DNA of 7,478 nucleotides from a virus (IMGVR_UViG_2623620492_000002:1-7478); one strand, 5' to 3'; positions 1 through 6,021 are shown, counted from the first letter of the stretch. Notes: generated by a model from the sequence alone, not told the origin. Numbers and translations are program-made.

Positions 1-727
1 TAATCTGTCTGACAATATCCTTGTGCCTGTACAGTTCCCGCAGCGCCGCGCAGACTCGCTCCCACTTCCGGACATGATTTTTCGCCCGACGCAGTTCGCG
101 GTTTGCCATATGCAGTGATGGTAAAACCAGGTCATCAGCTCGCGTTTCAGTAAACGATGGCAGCGAATGCACAATGTCCGCCACAGTTTCTGTTTTAATA
201 TCTTCCTGTGTTGCAGCCTCCTGTACTGGTAACGCAACACATGCAGGTTGAGGAAAGGCTTTACCATCAGTTTCCGCTACCGATGCAGCTTTCGGCTCTG
301 CTGGTAAATTATCGCCCGGCATGCAGTAACGAAATTTACCGTTCTGATTAACGCGAATCAGACGACCTTTACTGATTGCCATTGCCAGCGTTGAAGCCAC
401 TTTGCGTGATGTGGTGCCGAAAAACGTAGCCAGTTCATCCGCCGTTTGTGGTCCGCGTTGTTCAATCGTCGCGGTTAAATCGCACTCTGAGATTTTCGCT
501 ACTGTCGCCGTGGTGGTTTCTTCCGGCTGTTCTTCTGGCGCTGGCTGTTCCTGCTGAACGTTGTTATCAGCCACACGCCAGGTGTATACGCTTTTATCAA
601 CGAAGCCAGCCTTTTTCAGTTCCCACAGCTCGTTCAGTACTTCTTCACGACTGATATCAAGTCGCGCAGCCAGCTCTACCGACGTGGCTTTTCCCATCGC
701 TTTCAGTGCGTCAAAAACAGTCTCCAT
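1..727 (-). CDS. Partial CDS (3' end lies left of the window; at least 242 codons): prophage early-operon protein with a winged-helix-like N-terminus, function unknown
   Basis: Absent from the ORF track because there is no stop inside the window. ATG at 727-725 (minus) is preceded by GGGAGG with a 6-nt spacer. Translation begins [43 protein letters not shown] and stays open to position 2. It sits 32 bp downstream of the P-like gene on the same strand. Confidence 0.55.
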   Translation of the reverse strand, partial: METVFDALKAMGKATSVELAARLDISREEVLNELWELKKAGFVDKSVYTWRVADNNVQQEQPAPEEQPEETTTATVAKISECDLTATIEQRGPQTADELATFFGTTSRKVASTLAMAISKGRLIRVNQNGKFRYCMPGDNLPAEPKAASVAETDGKAFPQPACVALPVQEAATQEDIKTETVADIVHSLPSFTETRADDLVLPSLHMANRELRRAKNHVRKWERVCAALRELYRHKDIVRQI

Positions 728-759
728 AAATTTCCTCCCGGTAAAAATTACTTCTCAAC

Positions 760-1425
760 TCAAACAAACCCAGCCGCTTTCCGGCGTTCATATTCCTGTT
801 TCAGTAACTCAATTGGCGTTGGCCCCGACGGGCGTTTGGGTGCCGCCAGTTGTCGCCGGACTGGCGGAACGCTCAGGCCGTTACTAACATGCTTTGCCCA
901 TTTCGTCAGCTGCCGTTCTGCAAGCCGTTTTAATTCCCCTTCGGTCATCTGGCGCTCAATCCCCTTTGAACGCATCTCGAGGCAAATGTGATACAGCACA
1001 GGCTGAGACCACGGGTACTTATCACTTCCGTCGTATCGCCAGGACTCATTGCGCCAGCGGCGGTACTCCTCCATCACAGCATCCACCGTCAGACCAAATG
1101 GATTTGCCCCACTCTCCGACATCAGCGCCACAAACTCAGCCAGGTCCGGAGGCCATGTTTCACCCGCCCGGCAGCGGTCCATGCACTGGCGGCAGACCAG
1201 CCGGATTTGCTGCTCAGTCATCACGCCAATCTGTGCAATCCAGAGCTTCGAAGGTGCGGCCCCGTTCTTCTGGGTCCAGCGGTTCGAATAAGCCTCCCCC
1301 ATGAGTTCCCACAGCTTCCACGCCGTTTCCGTCGCTGATAAATCCGTTTTCACGTTCCCACTGCTCACGTGCTGCCCGAATTTCCTGAACTGACCGTGAT
1401 GCGGTGCCACCTGGTGCGGCTGCAT
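760..1425 (-). CDS. Lambda P-type replication protein (DnaB helicase-loader homolog), 221 aa
   Basis: ORF track 760..1425. The C-terminal half ([59 protein letters not shown]) matches my recollection of the lambda P C-terminal region (ESYPWKSNAHYWLVTNLYQNMRANALTDAELRRKAADELV...). ATG at 1425 has an SD-like AAGGGGGTGA about 5 nt upstream. An alternative internal start at ATG 1221 (154 aa) lies just after the O-like stop. Confidence 0.65.
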   Translation of the reverse strand: MQPHQVAPHHGQFRKFGQHVSSGNVKTDLSATETAWKLWELMGEAYSNRWTQKNGAAPSKLWIAQIGVMTEQQIRLVCRQCMDRCRAGETWPPDLAEFVALMSESGANPFGLTVDAVMEEYRRWRNESWRYDGSDKYPWSQPVLYHICLEMRSKGIERQMTEGELKRLAERQLTKWAKHVSNGLSVPPVRRQLAAPKRPSGPTPIELLKQEYERRKAAGFV

Positions 1426-2338
1426 GGCTCACCCCCTTGCTGACTGGTTTAACCTGCGCCCTGACGTGATTTACGTGACGGGCGAATTTCTGCTCCCACT
1501 GAACCTGCGTGAACACTTTGCCCTCCGCTGCCCAGTAGTCCCGGAAGGCGGCAAGTTCAGCTGGTGTAAATTCCGGCTCAGGAAGAGCCACGCCCCACAG
1601 CGCAGCCCGTCGTCGAAAATCCGGCGACGGATGCCAGCCATCGGTCATCGGAAATTTCCCGATGGGTTCGCTCAGGCCTTCCAGGTAATCAGGTTCCGCT
1701 GTCTGCAACGGCACGCCATTTGCCTCACTGGCCGGAGCACCCTCGCGCACGCGCGCGTTATGTGTGGGGTTTATATATCTGTTATCTGTTATCTGGATAC
1801 CGCATGACAAAGCGTTAGCCTTATCCTTAGGCTTATCCTCAGGCAAAGGGATTGCCTTATCGAATGCCATCCCCAAAGCCTCAGAAACCCCGTAGGACGC
1901 GGCTCTCAGCGATTCCCTGGCCTCCCATTTGAGAGGGCAATCAGGAATTAAAGCGAATGCCTTTGCCCAGGATTTAATGACATTTATCGAGTTTGGCGGA
2001 TTGTGTTTCGCAGCATTCGGGAGCCAAAAAACTCTGGCTTTGATATCTGCTTTCACCATGCCAAGATTCATGGCTTCGCCTAAGGCTAAGTCAAAGGCTT
2101 CGATATCCCACCCCAACTCTTCAGCCATTGCTGCCCGCCCGGCTTTAAACAACCCAGGAATAATCCCGGTAAATGGACTGGTCAGCAGATAAATAAACAA
2201 ACTCTGTCCACTTGGAGGCAGAGGAGATAACGCCCTAAATTTGGGATCATCCCATATCGTTATTTTTACCTTGCGATAAGGCTCATTGTTTGCCTTAGTT
2301 TTTGGCATGGGATTTGGCATGTTTTTAGCCTTAACCAT
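1214..2338 (-). CDS. Replication initiator in the lambda O position with a DnaT-like C-terminal region; 374 aa from ATG 2338
   Basis: Track ORF 1214..2392 actually begins at a TTG (forward CAA at 2390-2392). The first ATG with a plausible SD (GAGG, 5-nt spacer) is at 2338 ([13 protein letters not shown]...). It lies directly upstream of the P-like gene, is O-sized, and has a Trp/Phe-rich C-terminal segment ([36 protein letters not shown]) reminiscent of DnaT-like domains of phage replication proteins. The last 70 codons overlap the P-like ORF in another frame. Confidence 0.6.
   Translation of the reverse strand: MVKAKNMPNPMPKTKANNEPYRKVKITIWDDPKFRALSPLPPSGQSLFIYLLTSPFTGIIPGLFKAGRAAMAEELGWDIEAFDLALGEAMNLGMVKADIKARVFWLPNAAKHNPPNSINVIKSWAKAFALIPDCPLKWEARESLRAASYGVSEALGMAFDKAIPLPEDKPKDKANALSCGIQITDNRYINPTHNARVREGAPASEANGVPLQTAEPDYLEGLSEPIGKFPMTDGWHPSPDFRRRAALWGVALPEPEFTPAELAAFRDYWAAEGKVFTQVQWEQKFARHVNHVRAQVKPVSKGVSHAAAPGGTASRSVQEIRAAREQWERENGFISDGNGVEAVGTHGGGLFEPLDPEERGRTFEALDCTDWRDD
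1769..1862. other. Candidate replication origin inside the O-like gene: AT-rich tract plus iteron-like direct repeats
   Basis: AT-rich GTTTATATATCTGTTATCTGTTATCTGGATA (1769-1799) contains ATCTGTT/ATCTGTT/ATCTGGA tandem 7-mers (1777-1797). Adjacent repeats are TTAGCCTTATCC (1815-1826), TTAGGCTTATCC (1827-1838) and TTGCCTTATCG (1852-1862), plus the inverted repeat GGCAA-AGGGA-TTGCC (1842-1856). The cluster encodes the Pro/Lys-rich linker ([11 protein letters not shown]) of the O-like protein, as the lambda ori does in O. Confidence 0.35.
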
Positions 2339-2349
2339 AATTGCCTCAT

Positions 2350-2378
2350 CTGGTGTCGAACCTTCCTCCGGATATAAT
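2350..2378 (+). promoter_or_regulatory. Putative sigma70 promoter for the opposite-strand 151-aa ORF
   Basis: Perfect -10 hexamer TATAAT at 2373-2378; only a weak -35 candidate (TGGTGT/CTGGTG around 2350-2356). Sits 40 bp upstream of the ATG at 2418, which has a strong SD. Confidence 0.35.
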
Positions 2379-2417
2379 CTGTGATTCCCCAATCAACAGA
2401 ACCAAAGGAGGTTCGAC

Positions 2418-2873
2418 ATGTCTTTAATGGCTGTTTGCCAAAAAATTAAAAATCACATGCGCACTGTGTACAAAATTAACCAGCACGACCACGACATGGT
2501 TAACCTGGTAACATGCAGGGCTATAGTTCTCACCCGCTTCCACCTGATTCTTACAAATCACTCACGGGATTCTCTCCTGAGCCCCAGTAGCTATGATTCG
2601 CTGGCGAGATTGCTATACCAGGCAAGTGAAAAACGTATTACTGATCCCTTATCTGTTTCCCCTGTCCTTGCTCTTCACATTCTGGAAGACGCTCTCTATG
2701 ACCCCCGTCAGGAATGCGACTATCAATTTCTTGAAGCTGAGAAATCAATGAGAGAATGGTTCGTTGAATATCGCGAACGGCAGCAAAAGTTACCCTCAGA
2801 GTATTCAGAACTTCCGCAACTTCGCTGGAGTGACCTTCCGAACGAATTATTTGCTCTGACCCCAGAAAATTAA
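2418..2873 (+). CDS. Hypothetical protein, 151 aa, opposite-strand moron candidate; no recognisable family
   Basis: ORF track 2418..2873. ATG at 2418 is preceded by AGGAGG (2406-2411) with a 6-nt spacer. The 5' half is AT-richer than its neighbours and carries several rare codons (AGG, ATA, CGG, AGA, CTA). No minus-strand ORF covers 2339-2637. Product begins MSLMAVCQKIKNHMRTVYKINQHDHDMVNLVTCRAIVL. Confidence 0.5.
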   Translation: MSLMAVCQKIKNHMRTVYKINQHDHDMVNLVTCRAIVLTRFHLILTNHSRDSLLSPSSYDSLARLLYQASEKRITDPLSVSPVLALHILEDALYDPRQECDYQFLEAEKSMREWFVEYRERQQKLPSEYSELPQLRWSDLPNELFALTPEN

Positions 2874-3051
2874 TTCTTGGGGATAAATCGTCCATAACTG
2901 AGCGCAGGCTAAGTTCTGCGCTCTGAAGCTTCCGAACCGAAGTTTCTGTACCCCAACCCGCAATTTCTGCATTTTTTGCAAGTTTCAGGATCCAGTCTCG
3001 TAGTTCGCCGGGAGTAAGATTTCCGGCATTTATGTACGGTTTGATTTTCAT
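2638..3051 (-). CDS. Hypothetical protein, 137 aa; uncertain because its 3' 236 bp run antisense through the 151-aa plus-strand ORF
   Basis: ORF track 2638..3051. ATG at 3051 lies 19 bp downstream of the YdaT-like stop with only a weak SD (AGGG about 12 nt upstream). Several rare codons (GGG x3, AGG x2, ATA x2, AGA, CGA), and the 2900-2923 hairpin sits inside it. Confidence 0.3.
   Translation of the reverse strand: MKIKPYINAGNLTPGELRDWILKLAKNAEIAGWGTETSVRKLQSAELSLRSVMDDLSPRINFLGSEQIIRSEGHSSEVAEVLNTLRVTFAAVRDIQRTILSLISQLQEIDSRIPDGGHRERLPECEEQGQGKQIRDQ
2900..2923. other. GC-rich hairpin (8-bp perfect stem, 8-nt loop) 27 bp downstream of the 151-aa ORF stop
   Basis: GAGCGCAG (2900-2907), loop GCTAAGTT, CTGCGCTC (2916-2923). 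No U-tract follows on the plus strand, so it is not a canonical intrinsic terminator. Confidence 0.4.
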
Positions 3052-3070
3052 TATTGGATACCCTATTCAA

Positions 3071-3493
3071 TCAATGCACTACAACAGAATCGTCGGACGC
3101 TCCACCACCGCCGAAATGCGCTTTACGGTAAACGGCCTGGACTGCGTCATCATGCGCATCAATTGCCGTACTCAACGCTTCCTGCGCCGCCAGTAATGCA
3201 CGGCGTTCCAGGGTATCGAAGATGCAGAGTCGGTGACGCAGCTCCCGCGGAAGGATTGCCAGAATTGCTGGGATCAGCTTCTGAATTTTTTCCCTTTGCG
3301 CTTCCGTTTCACCTTTTAACCAACGGCGATAGATGTTCTGCTGATTGTTCCAGTCCTTGCCTGGTGTCAGAGACAATTCACCTCCCCCCTGGCGCAGATA
3401 TTCTTCAGTAATTGCGTTAGCGACCCACGCCTGCCCTTTTTCGGCTGCCAGGGCTAACAGCACTGATTCGATGTGCTCATGCCTGATTTTCAT
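3071..3493 (-). CDS. YdaT-like protein (CII functional-analog class of Rac-type prophages), 140 aa
   Basis: ORF track 3071..3493. ATG at 3493 is preceded by AGGAG with a 7-nt spacer and overlaps the Cro-like stop by 17 bp. Size and position directly after the Cro-like gene match YdaT; the assignment rests on position and size, not a verified alignment. Confidence 0.6.
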   Translation of the reverse strand: MKIRHEHIESVLLALAAEKGQAWVANAITEEYLRQGGGELSLTPGKDWNNQQNIYRRWLKGETEAQREKIQKLIPAILAILPRELRHRLCIFDTLERRALLAAQEALSTAIDAHDDAVQAVYRKAHFGGGGASDDSVVVH

Positions 3494-3752
3494 GAATCAA
3501 CTCCTGTGTATTTTGTGTGTTAGCCTTACATCCAACAGGTAAACCGTCGGTTGGATTCGGGTAGATATCAGGCCGGAGTTCATGAGGTGTAACCTCGAAA
3601 TTCGTAGCCTCTGCGATACGCAATACCTTTTCGGGGCTTAACTGACTACGGCCAGTAGCTACGAGGCTAATCATCGATTGCGAACAACCAGCCAGAGCGG
3701 CCAAACAAGACTGTCGTACACGATTTTTTTTCAAATATTCATCTAATGTCAT
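3477..3752 (-). CDS. Cro-like HTH regulator (YdaS/Cro class), 91 aa from ATG 3752
   Basis: Track ORF 3477..3791, but the ATG at 3752 has an SD (AAGGTGA, 5-nt spacer) while the ATG at 3791 has none. HTH-like segment QSCLAALAGCSQSMISLVATGRSQLSPEKVLRIAEAT. Divergent from the repressor gene. Confidence 0.65.
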   Translation of the reverse strand: MTLDEYLKKNRVRQSCLAALAGCSQSMISLVATGRSQLSPEKVLRIAEATNFEVTPHELRPDIYPNPTDGLPVGCKANTQNTQELIHENQA

Positions 3753-3780
3753 AAGGGTCACCTTAGTAATGCTCGCCAAA

Positions 3781-3809
3781 ATATTAACCATACTAATTTA
3801 AATGATCAA
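3781..3809 (-). promoter_or_regulatory. PR-like promoter for the cro-like operon (minus strand): -35 TTGATC, 17-bp spacer, -10 TAATAT
   Basis: Read on the minus strand: TTGATC (forward GATCAA 3804-3809), 17 nt, TAATAT (forward ATATTA 3781-3786). Predicted start near 3773 gives a leader of about 21 nt carrying the cro SD. The -35 is embedded in TGATCAATA, a motif also found at the PL-like promoter. Confidence 0.45.
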
Positions 3810-3822
3810 TACTTATATCAGT

Positions 3823-3850
3823 TTGAGATTATGAGCTGTGTTCATAAGAT
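3823..3850 (+). promoter_or_regulatory. PRM-like promoter for the repressor gene, predicting a leaderless mRNA
   Basis: -35 TTGAGA (3823-3828), 16-bp spacer, -10 TAAGAT (3845-3850); a start 7 nt downstream coincides with the A of ATG 3857. The repressor ATG has no properly spaced SD. Confidence 0.35.
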
Positions 3851-3856
3851 GGTGGT

Positions 3857-4321
3857 ATGAGAAGAAAACGCGAAGAAATCGCATCGCCAGAAGCTACGCA
3901 GCGTCTACGCGGAATCTGGGATGCAAAAAAAAGAGAGCTCAAACTGACTCAGGAGCTTGCTGCCGAGCTAATGGGCTTTGAGACACAATCTACGGTTAGC
4001 CACTATCTCAACGGAAAGGCTCCACTTAACACTGATGCGGCATTAAAATTCGCAGTATTGCTAAGAGTTAAGCCTGAAGACTTGAGGCCTGATTTAGCTG
4101 ATCTGATGAATTACGTCCGTTCCTCTGGAACTTATGACGAAAGTTTCGAAGGCGAAGGGTGGCGGATGGTTAACAAGCAACAAGCTGATTTACTGGATCT
4201 TTTTGATATCCTCCCCGAATCAGAAAAAGCAAAACTAATCGAAAGGCTTAAAGGCCAGAATGAACTCTACAAAGAAGCGTTTGAAAATATGCTGGCAGCT
4301 CAGAAACGCATGAAGAAATAG
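3857..4321 (+). CDS. Prophage repressor, cI/RacR-like XRE-family HTH protein, 154 aa, no S24 peptidase domain
   Basis: ORF track 3857..4321. HTH motif LTQELAAELMGFETQSTVSHYLNG. Divergent from the Cro-like gene and followed by an intrinsic terminator. No Ala-Gly/Ser...Lys autocleavage module is visible in the C-terminal half. Confidence 0.75.
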   Translation: MRRKREEIASPEATQRLRGIWDAKKRELKLTQELAAELMGFETQSTVSHYLNGKAPLNTDAALKFAVLLRVKPEDLRPDLADLMNYVRSSGTYDESFEGEGWRMVNKQQADLLDLFDILPESEKAKLIERLKGQNELYKEAFENMLAAQKRMKK

Positions 4322-4343
4322 CTCCCACTACCTCGTAACTAAA

Positions 4344-4366
4344 CCGCCATCCCTGGCGGTTTTTTT
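4344..4366 (+). terminator. Rho-independent terminator after the repressor gene
   Basis: CCGCCA (4344-4349), loop TCCC, TGGCGG (4354-4359), then a T7 run (4360-4366). AAA upstream could make it partly bidirectional. Confidence 0.65.
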
Positions 4367-4462
4367 ATCCCCTCCGCCCCCATCACCTTACTTTTTTATC
4401 AAAAAAAACACTAAAATTTTCATTAGGATAGTACATTTTTATCAATAAAATGCATATTTGTG

Positions 4463-4491
4463 TTGATCATCAATATGAATATAACTAATAT
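4463..4491 (+). promoter_or_regulatory. PL-like promoter for the rightward early operon: -35 TTGATC, 17-bp spacer, -10 TAATAT, overlapping a TTGAT-C-ATCAA dyad
   Basis: TTGATC at 4463-4468 and TAATAT at 4486-4491, the same hexamers and spacing as the PR-like promoter. The inverted repeat TTGATCATCAA (4463-4473) and further ATCAATA copies (4441-4447, 4469-4475) are candidate operator half-sites. Confidence 0.45.
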
Positions 4492-4557
4492 TATTACAGA
4501 AGCAGCACGGCGCTGTAGGTTTTAGTTCCGCCACCCGGCGTTAAGGGGAGAGATAAG

Positions 4558-4692
4558 ATGGTACATTACGAAGTAGTTCAGTATTTGATGGATTGTTGCG
4601 GTATCACTTACAGCCAAGCTGTACAGGCTCTACGCAGCAACGACTGGGATCTCTGGCAGGCAGAAGCCTCTATCCGCAACAACAAAATGTGA
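4558..4692 (+). CDS. Small protein, 44 aa, first gene of the PL-like operon (YdaG/YdfB size class)
   Basis: Absent from the ORF track (too short). ATG 4558 is preceded by AAGGGGAG with a 7-nt spacer; stop TGA 4690-4692. Product MVHYEVVQYLMDCCGITYSQAVQALRSNDWDLWQAEASIRNNKM. The track ORF 4593..4784 in another frame is probably spurious. Confidence 0.5.
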   Translation: MVHYEVVQYLMDCCGITYSQAVQALRSNDWDLWQAEASIRNNKM

Positions 4693-4702
4693 GGTGCGAA
4701 AA

Positions 4703-4855
4703 ATGCAAAAAATCGACCTCGGCAACAACGAATCCCTGGTGTGTGGCGTGTTCCCCAACCAGGATGGAACGTTCACCGCCATGACTTATACCAAAAGCAA
4801 GACATTCAAAACTGAAACGGGCGCACGTCGCTGGCTTGCCAGAAATACTTGCTAA
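4703..4855 (+). CDS. Small protein, 50 aa (YdaF/YdfC size class)
   Basis: Absent from the ORF track. ATG 4703 is preceded by GAGGTG with a 6-nt spacer, 10 nt after the previous stop (translationally coupled). Product MQKIDLGNNESLVCGVFPNQDGTFTAMTYTKSKTFKTETGARRWLARNTC; stop TAA 4853-4855. Confidence 0.5.
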   Translation: MQKIDLGNNESLVCGVFPNQDGTFTAMTYTKSKTFKTETGARRWLARNTC

Positions 4856-5044
4856 TCCATTATTTGGATTAATTCAATATTCTCGCTGTAGGGGTATAGC
4901 CGAGGCCACCAAAGCCCGGAGGTGGTGAAATAAAACCGGGCACAACACGAAGGCGCATTTCCGATATCCATAAAGAGTCGGTCTTGTCTGTTAAATTTAA
5001 ATGGTGGGAGTGCGCCTCCGGTTGTGAATAACAACACTGCTGTG

Positions 5045-5100
5045 TGTAGTCTTGGCGGCATCAGTTTTTTCTTGAAGTTCGACTGATGTCCGCCCTTTTT
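5045..5100 (+). ncRNA. dicF: DicF-like small RNA ending in an intrinsic terminator
   Basis: TTGGCGGCATCAGTTTT ... CTGATGTCCGCCCTTTTT: GGCGGCATCAG (5054-5064) pairs with CTGATG-T-CCGCC (5083-5094), followed by C plus T5 (5095-5100). The stem and T-tail match my recollection of E. coli DicF (GGCGGUAUCAGUUUU...GCCGCCCUUUUU). It lies in a 412-bp stretch with no credible ORF, between the small ORFs and the kil-like gene, as dicF does in Qin. The 5' end is not determinable from sequence. Confidence 0.5.
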
Positions 5101-5279
5101 AAAGTGAATTTTGTGATGCGGTGAATGCGGCTAAGCGCACGCGGAACAGTTAAAAAGCTATTGTCCTTCGTAGCAGAGTTATGGGTGAAATATCCGGCGT
5201 TAATTGTTAACTGGTTAACGTCACCTGGAGGCACCAGGCACCGCATCGACAAAATTCATTTGTAAAAATGGAGATAATT

Positions 5280-5501
5280 ATGATTGCTCATCACTTCGGA
5301 ACTGATGAAATACCACGTCAGTGTGTGACCCCTGGCGATTATGTTCTTCATGAAGGTCGGACATATATCGCCTCGGCAAACAATATTAAAAAGCGAAAAC
5401 TTTATATTCGTAACCTGACCACAAAAACATGCATTACTGACTGCATGATTAAAGTCTTCCTCGGTCGTGATGGTTTACCTGTAAAGGCGGAGTCATGGTG
5501 A
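5280..5501 (+). CDS. KilR-like small protein, 73 aa (candidate cell-division inhibitor); assigned by size and position
   Basis: Track ORF 5268..5501, but GGAGA at 5270-5274 gives a 5-nt spacer to ATG 5280, while ATG 5268 has no SD. Product [73 protein letters not shown]. Sits where Rac carries kilR, between the small ORFs and racC-recE. Confidence 0.55.
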   Translation: MIAHHFGTDEIPRQCVTPGDYVLHEGRTYIASANNIKKRKLYIRNLTTKTCITDCMIKVFLGRDGLPVKAESW

Positions 5502-5671
5502 TGACTAAGAAAATAAAATGTGCTTACCACCTTTGCAATAAAGAAATTGAAGAAAGCAAAAGTATTAAAAGACCACTTCATTTCATGCGTGGAGTTATCC
5601 CAACGACGGAAATGAAAAAATATTGTAGTGAAAGTTGTGCCGAAAAAGACCAGATGGCACACGAACTTTAA
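5495..5671 (+). CDS. Small Cys-rich protein, 58 aa, possible zinc ribbon (YdaE-like position)
   Basis: Absent from the ORF track. ATG 5495 (or 5501) overlaps the previous stop in ATGGTGATGA. Product [58 protein letters not shown], with C-x4-C and C-x3-C pairs. The antisense track ORF 5402..5662 is probably spurious. Confidence 0.5.
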   Translation: MVMTKKIKCAYHLCNKEIEESKSIKRPLHFMRGVIPTTEMKKYCSESCAEKDQMAHEL

Positions 5672-5745
5672 TTAACTGACTATGCGAAACTGAATTTATG
5701 CCAGCAATGGCAGGGATTCGCTCAACCTTAATTAAGGAGAAAAAC

Positions 5746-6021
5746 ATGATTACCAGTTATGAAGCCACTGTTGTAACTACTGATGACATTGTTCACGAGG
5801 TTAATCTGGAAGGAAAGCGTATTGGCTACGTGATTAAAACAGAAAATAAAGAAACCCCATTCACTGTGGTTGATATCGACGGCCCATCAGGCAACGTAAA
5901 AACACTTGATGAAGGTGTCACAAAAATGAGCCTGGTTCACATCGGAAAGAATCTGCCCGCAGAAAAAAAAGCCGGATTTCTGGCAACTCTGATTGCAATG
6001 AAATTAAAAGGTGAAATCTGA
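5746..6021 (+). CDS. Small protein, 91 aa, RacC-like by size and position
   Basis: Track ORF 5698..6021, but AAGGAG at 5734-5739 gives a 6-nt spacer to ATG 5746 (MITSYEATVVTTDDIVHEVNLEGKRIGYVIK...). Immediately upstream of the recE-like gene. Confidence 0.6.
   Translation: MITSYEATVVTTDDIVHEVNLEGKRIGYVIKTENKETPFTVVDIDGPSGNVKTLDEGVTKMSLVHIGKNLPAEKKAGFLATLIAMKLKGEI

Noticed and set aside
448-887. Plus-strand track ORFs 448..654 and 561..887
   Set aside because: Antisense to the partial minus-strand gene (1-727) and to the P-like gene 3' end; no initiation signals.
894-2192. Plus-strand track ORFs 894..1304, 988..1338, 1049..1291, 1424..1807, 1929..2192
   Set aside because: Antisense to the O-like and P-like replication genes, with no SD and Arg/Ser/Pro-rich products; treated as shadow ORFs.
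3163-3542. Plus-strand track ORFs 3163..3411 and 3345..3542
   Set aside because: Antisense to the YdaT-like and Cro-like genes, which have good SDs and operon context.
3071-3752. Cro-like/YdaT-like pair interpreted as a toxin-antitoxin module
   Set aside because: Position, HTH content, divergent repressor and downstream replication genes fit a Cro/CII-type early regulator pair better; a toxic effect of YdaT on overexpression is not excluded.
4368-4557. Lambda-type nut site (boxA CGCTCTT plus boxB hairpin) downstream of the PL-like promoter
   Set aside because: No boxA-like sequence was found there; the only CGCTCT-like match (2919-2925) is in the wrong place and orientation.
4593-4784. Track ORF 4593..4784 (63 aa)
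   Set aside because: Out of frame across two adjacent small ORFs (4558-4692 and 4703-4855) that each have a well-spaced SD; the 63-aa frame has none.
4852-5252. Minus-strand track ORFs 4852..5061 and 5061..5252, considered as a possible SieB-like exclusion gene
   Set aside because: Neither resembles a membrane protein or has an SD, and they overlap the DicF-like hairpin and terminator; more likely non-coding.
5402-5662. Minus-strand track ORF 5402..5662 (86 aa, Phe-rich)
   Set aside because: Antisense to the two A-rich plus-strand small genes; Phe-richness reflects poly-A codons on the sense strand.
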